The notes under the pieces are model-generated. The model had not been told where the DNA came from and searched no databases. It worked only from the letters and a program-made list of their open reading frames with translations. From Leucoraja ocellata (Eukaryota), in the NCBI GenBank assembly GCA_036785375.1, contig JAWMAR010000836.1, forward strand, positions 186,001 through 250,000: DNA of 64,000 nucleotides, given 5' to 3'. Each line of letters starts with the position of its first letter. Within the stretch, counting starts at the first letter, position 1. The position numbers and the translations under genes were made by a program. Below, piece after piece: positions 61,590 to 64,000 of the stretch.

Positions 61590-61940
61590 TATACCTCATG
61601 CTGCCTCGGCAAGGCCAGCAGCATAATCAAGAACAAGTTGCACCCTGACCACTCCCTCATCTCCCCTCTACTATCAGGCAAAAAGTATAGAAGAGTGAAA
61701 ACGCACACACACCACATTTTCTTCCCAGCTATTTTCAGACAACTGAATCATCCTAACCAGAGAACAGTGCTGGAATACTATCTACCTCTCTGATGACCCT
61801 CGGACTTTGCTAGCTTGACCTTGCATTAAACATTATTCCCTTATCATGTATCTTTACACTGTAAATGGATCGATTGTAATCACGTAATGTCTTTCTGCTG
61901 ACTGGTTGCACGCAACAAATGCTTTTCACTGTACCTCGGT
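61590..61940 (+). mobile_element. Rex1/Babar LINE 3' fragment
   Basis: Encodes KASSIIK..LHPDHSLISPLLSGKKYRRVKT and the tail gcttttcactgtacctcgg; related tails at 40625-40790(-) and 15215-15340(-). Confidence 0.6.
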
Positions 61941-62419
61941 AAGAAATAGGTGGGGAATTAGGCCATTCAGCCCGTCCATTTTTCCCTCTCAACCCCATTC
62001 TCCTTTCTCACAGTAACCGTTAACACCCTTACTAATCAAGAACCTGTCTTTAAAAATATCCAATGACTTGGCAATAAATCCCAGATTTACCACCCTCTGG
62101 CTAAAGAAAATCCTCCTCATCTTCTTTCTAACGGTATATCCTTTTATTCTGAGACTGTGCCCTCTCGTCCTAGACTCTTCCACTCTCCAGGACTTTCATT
62201 ATTCAGTAAATTTCAATGAGATCCCTTCTCATCCTTCTGAACTCCAGCAAGTACAGGCCCAGAGCCGCCAAACGCTCATCATATCTTGACCCAATCATTC
62301 CTGGGAACCCTCATCAGTATAGATTGTTAAGTTAAAAACCTCAAAATAAAAATTAGAAAGATTCCAACAACGTAGAATTTTAGAACAAAACAGGAGAACC
62401 CATTACAAGTTATTATGAA

Positions 62420-64000
62420 TTTATTTACATTTTTTAAGTACACAAATACAGCTGCAATACAAATAGGTCACCAGCATTTGTTACCATCACATGTTATACA
62501 CAGACATTCTAGAGGGGAAACCAGCCACCTGAGATACTGATGGTCCATCCACGCAAAATAAAAGTTGGAAGAGTCCATTGTCTTGGAGGCACCACCAGTT
62601 AGAAAGAAAACATTGATTCTCAAGTCTCAGCCTCTAGGGTGAAACATTAATTTAACCACACACACGCATATTTACAAAATAAAAACTGAGGGGCTGCTGA
62701 AACAAAATGGGGAGCCTGGGGGTAACGATGACAGCCGTGCTGTGCTCCTGTTTAACACGTCAGTGCGCGCGCATGCACATATGGTGAGGCATTGCTGACA
62801 TCCCTCCAGATGCCCATCCATGCGACCTCCCAAAAGGCTGGTGAATTACAAACCTGGCTGTTACAAACAAAAAAGGGCCTAGACTGTGCATAGGATGAAG
62901 CACGCGCACATACACACACACACATCCATGAGTTCGGCTGAACTTCCTCCATTCCTTCAGCTACCTGAAACTATACCAATGGCCAAGAATTCTTATAAAA
63001 CTCAATTTTAAGCTGAAACTTTTGAATTGTTGTCACTTGTAAACATTTAAAAACAAAATCAAGATATAGGTTTAGAAGCCGCGCACTGGAATGTAAAATT
63101 TCACCAGCACCCCCCCCCCCCCCAAGCTAATGGCAGAATTCACATTTTAACTGTACAAATCCTTCACAGCTCTGTTTAAAAGACCTTGCTACGCCTAAGT
63201 GATTAATGGAGATGCTACAAATCCTTAGGATAGGGAATCCCGAGACAAACTCGATACCAACACTAATCAGAAATTAAAAAAATAATTCACCAAAACACAG
63301 CTTTACCTTAACTTTTTAAAAAAACTTTATTCTTCCACATTTTCATTTTTAAGGTCACAGTTTTTGATAAGCCTTGGCACTGCCATTTTCCCTGTGCGTT
63401 GTCAGTGTCTTCCACAAGATGCCAAATGGCCACTGGCATCAATCAGCATTCAGGTTTCATGACAAAAATAAAATGTGGAAGTTAAAAAGTGTGCAAACAA
63501 ATCTAGATACTAAACCAAAAAACATTAATTGTTACAGTGTACTACCAAAAAACATTTTTAAACTCAAGTTTAATACAAAAAGACTGGAAAAAGCTTTTAA
63601 ATAAAATCAGCTGCATTTTAAATTCACAAACACTCACTGCCAACCCTACGTATGACAGGATTTTTCAAGTCAGTCAATTCTCATTTCAGATTCTCAGACC
63701 TCTAGAGCATCACAGACATAGGCTGGACAACATTCTACTTTTCTACACCGATGCTGCTGTCAAATTTAGAAGGGCAATACAAAATATTTAAACCAGGTAT
63801 AGTCTACGTTGTACAGTAGAGTAATAAAAGGCTACATTACGCCAATCATGGAAGGAGAAGGGATGGCGATACCTATTCTATTTGCGGTAAATTCTGTAAA
63901 CCGTCTTTAGAAAACCACCCCGCTGCTGAAGCAGTGGGCACAATCTTTTAACGTATCTTATACTGCAGTCAGGCAAAAGGTCTCCTTGCAAAGATGTTCC
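62420..64000 (-). other. Probable 3' UTR of a convergent gene (csnk1d by human synteny)
   Basis: Repeat-free stretch, U-rich on the minus strand, AATAAA at 62420-25(-); CSNK1D lies tail-to-tail with SLC16A3 in human; no coding exon seen. Confidence 0.35.

Overview
Vertebrate genomic DNA, most likely a cartilaginous fish (inferred from HE1-like V-SINEs and dense CR1, Penelope-like and Rex1 repeats). There are three N gaps (36566-36903, 38784-38983, 45948-46295). The clear gene is slc16a3 (MCT4) on the + strand, with 4 coding exons (11014-21404, 475 aa). Three less obvious structures stand out. (1) A multi-exon minus-strand gene missed by the ORF track (41376->36445) encodes a small Cys-rich type I membrane protein with NF-kB/AP-1/GAS-like motifs. 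It lies inside a ~13.3 kb segment bounded by hAT-like TIRs and a 7-bp TSD that splits a CR1 fragment, i.e. a candidate gene-carrying composite transposon. (2) A 1016-bp insertion consists of two inverted LTR copies around a near full-length tRNA-Pro copy with a GGG anticodon, suggesting a reverse-transcribed, inosine-edited primer tRNA. (3) Many Penelope-derived repeats carry hammerhead-ribozyme cores. All alignments and translations were done by eye and no databases were searched.
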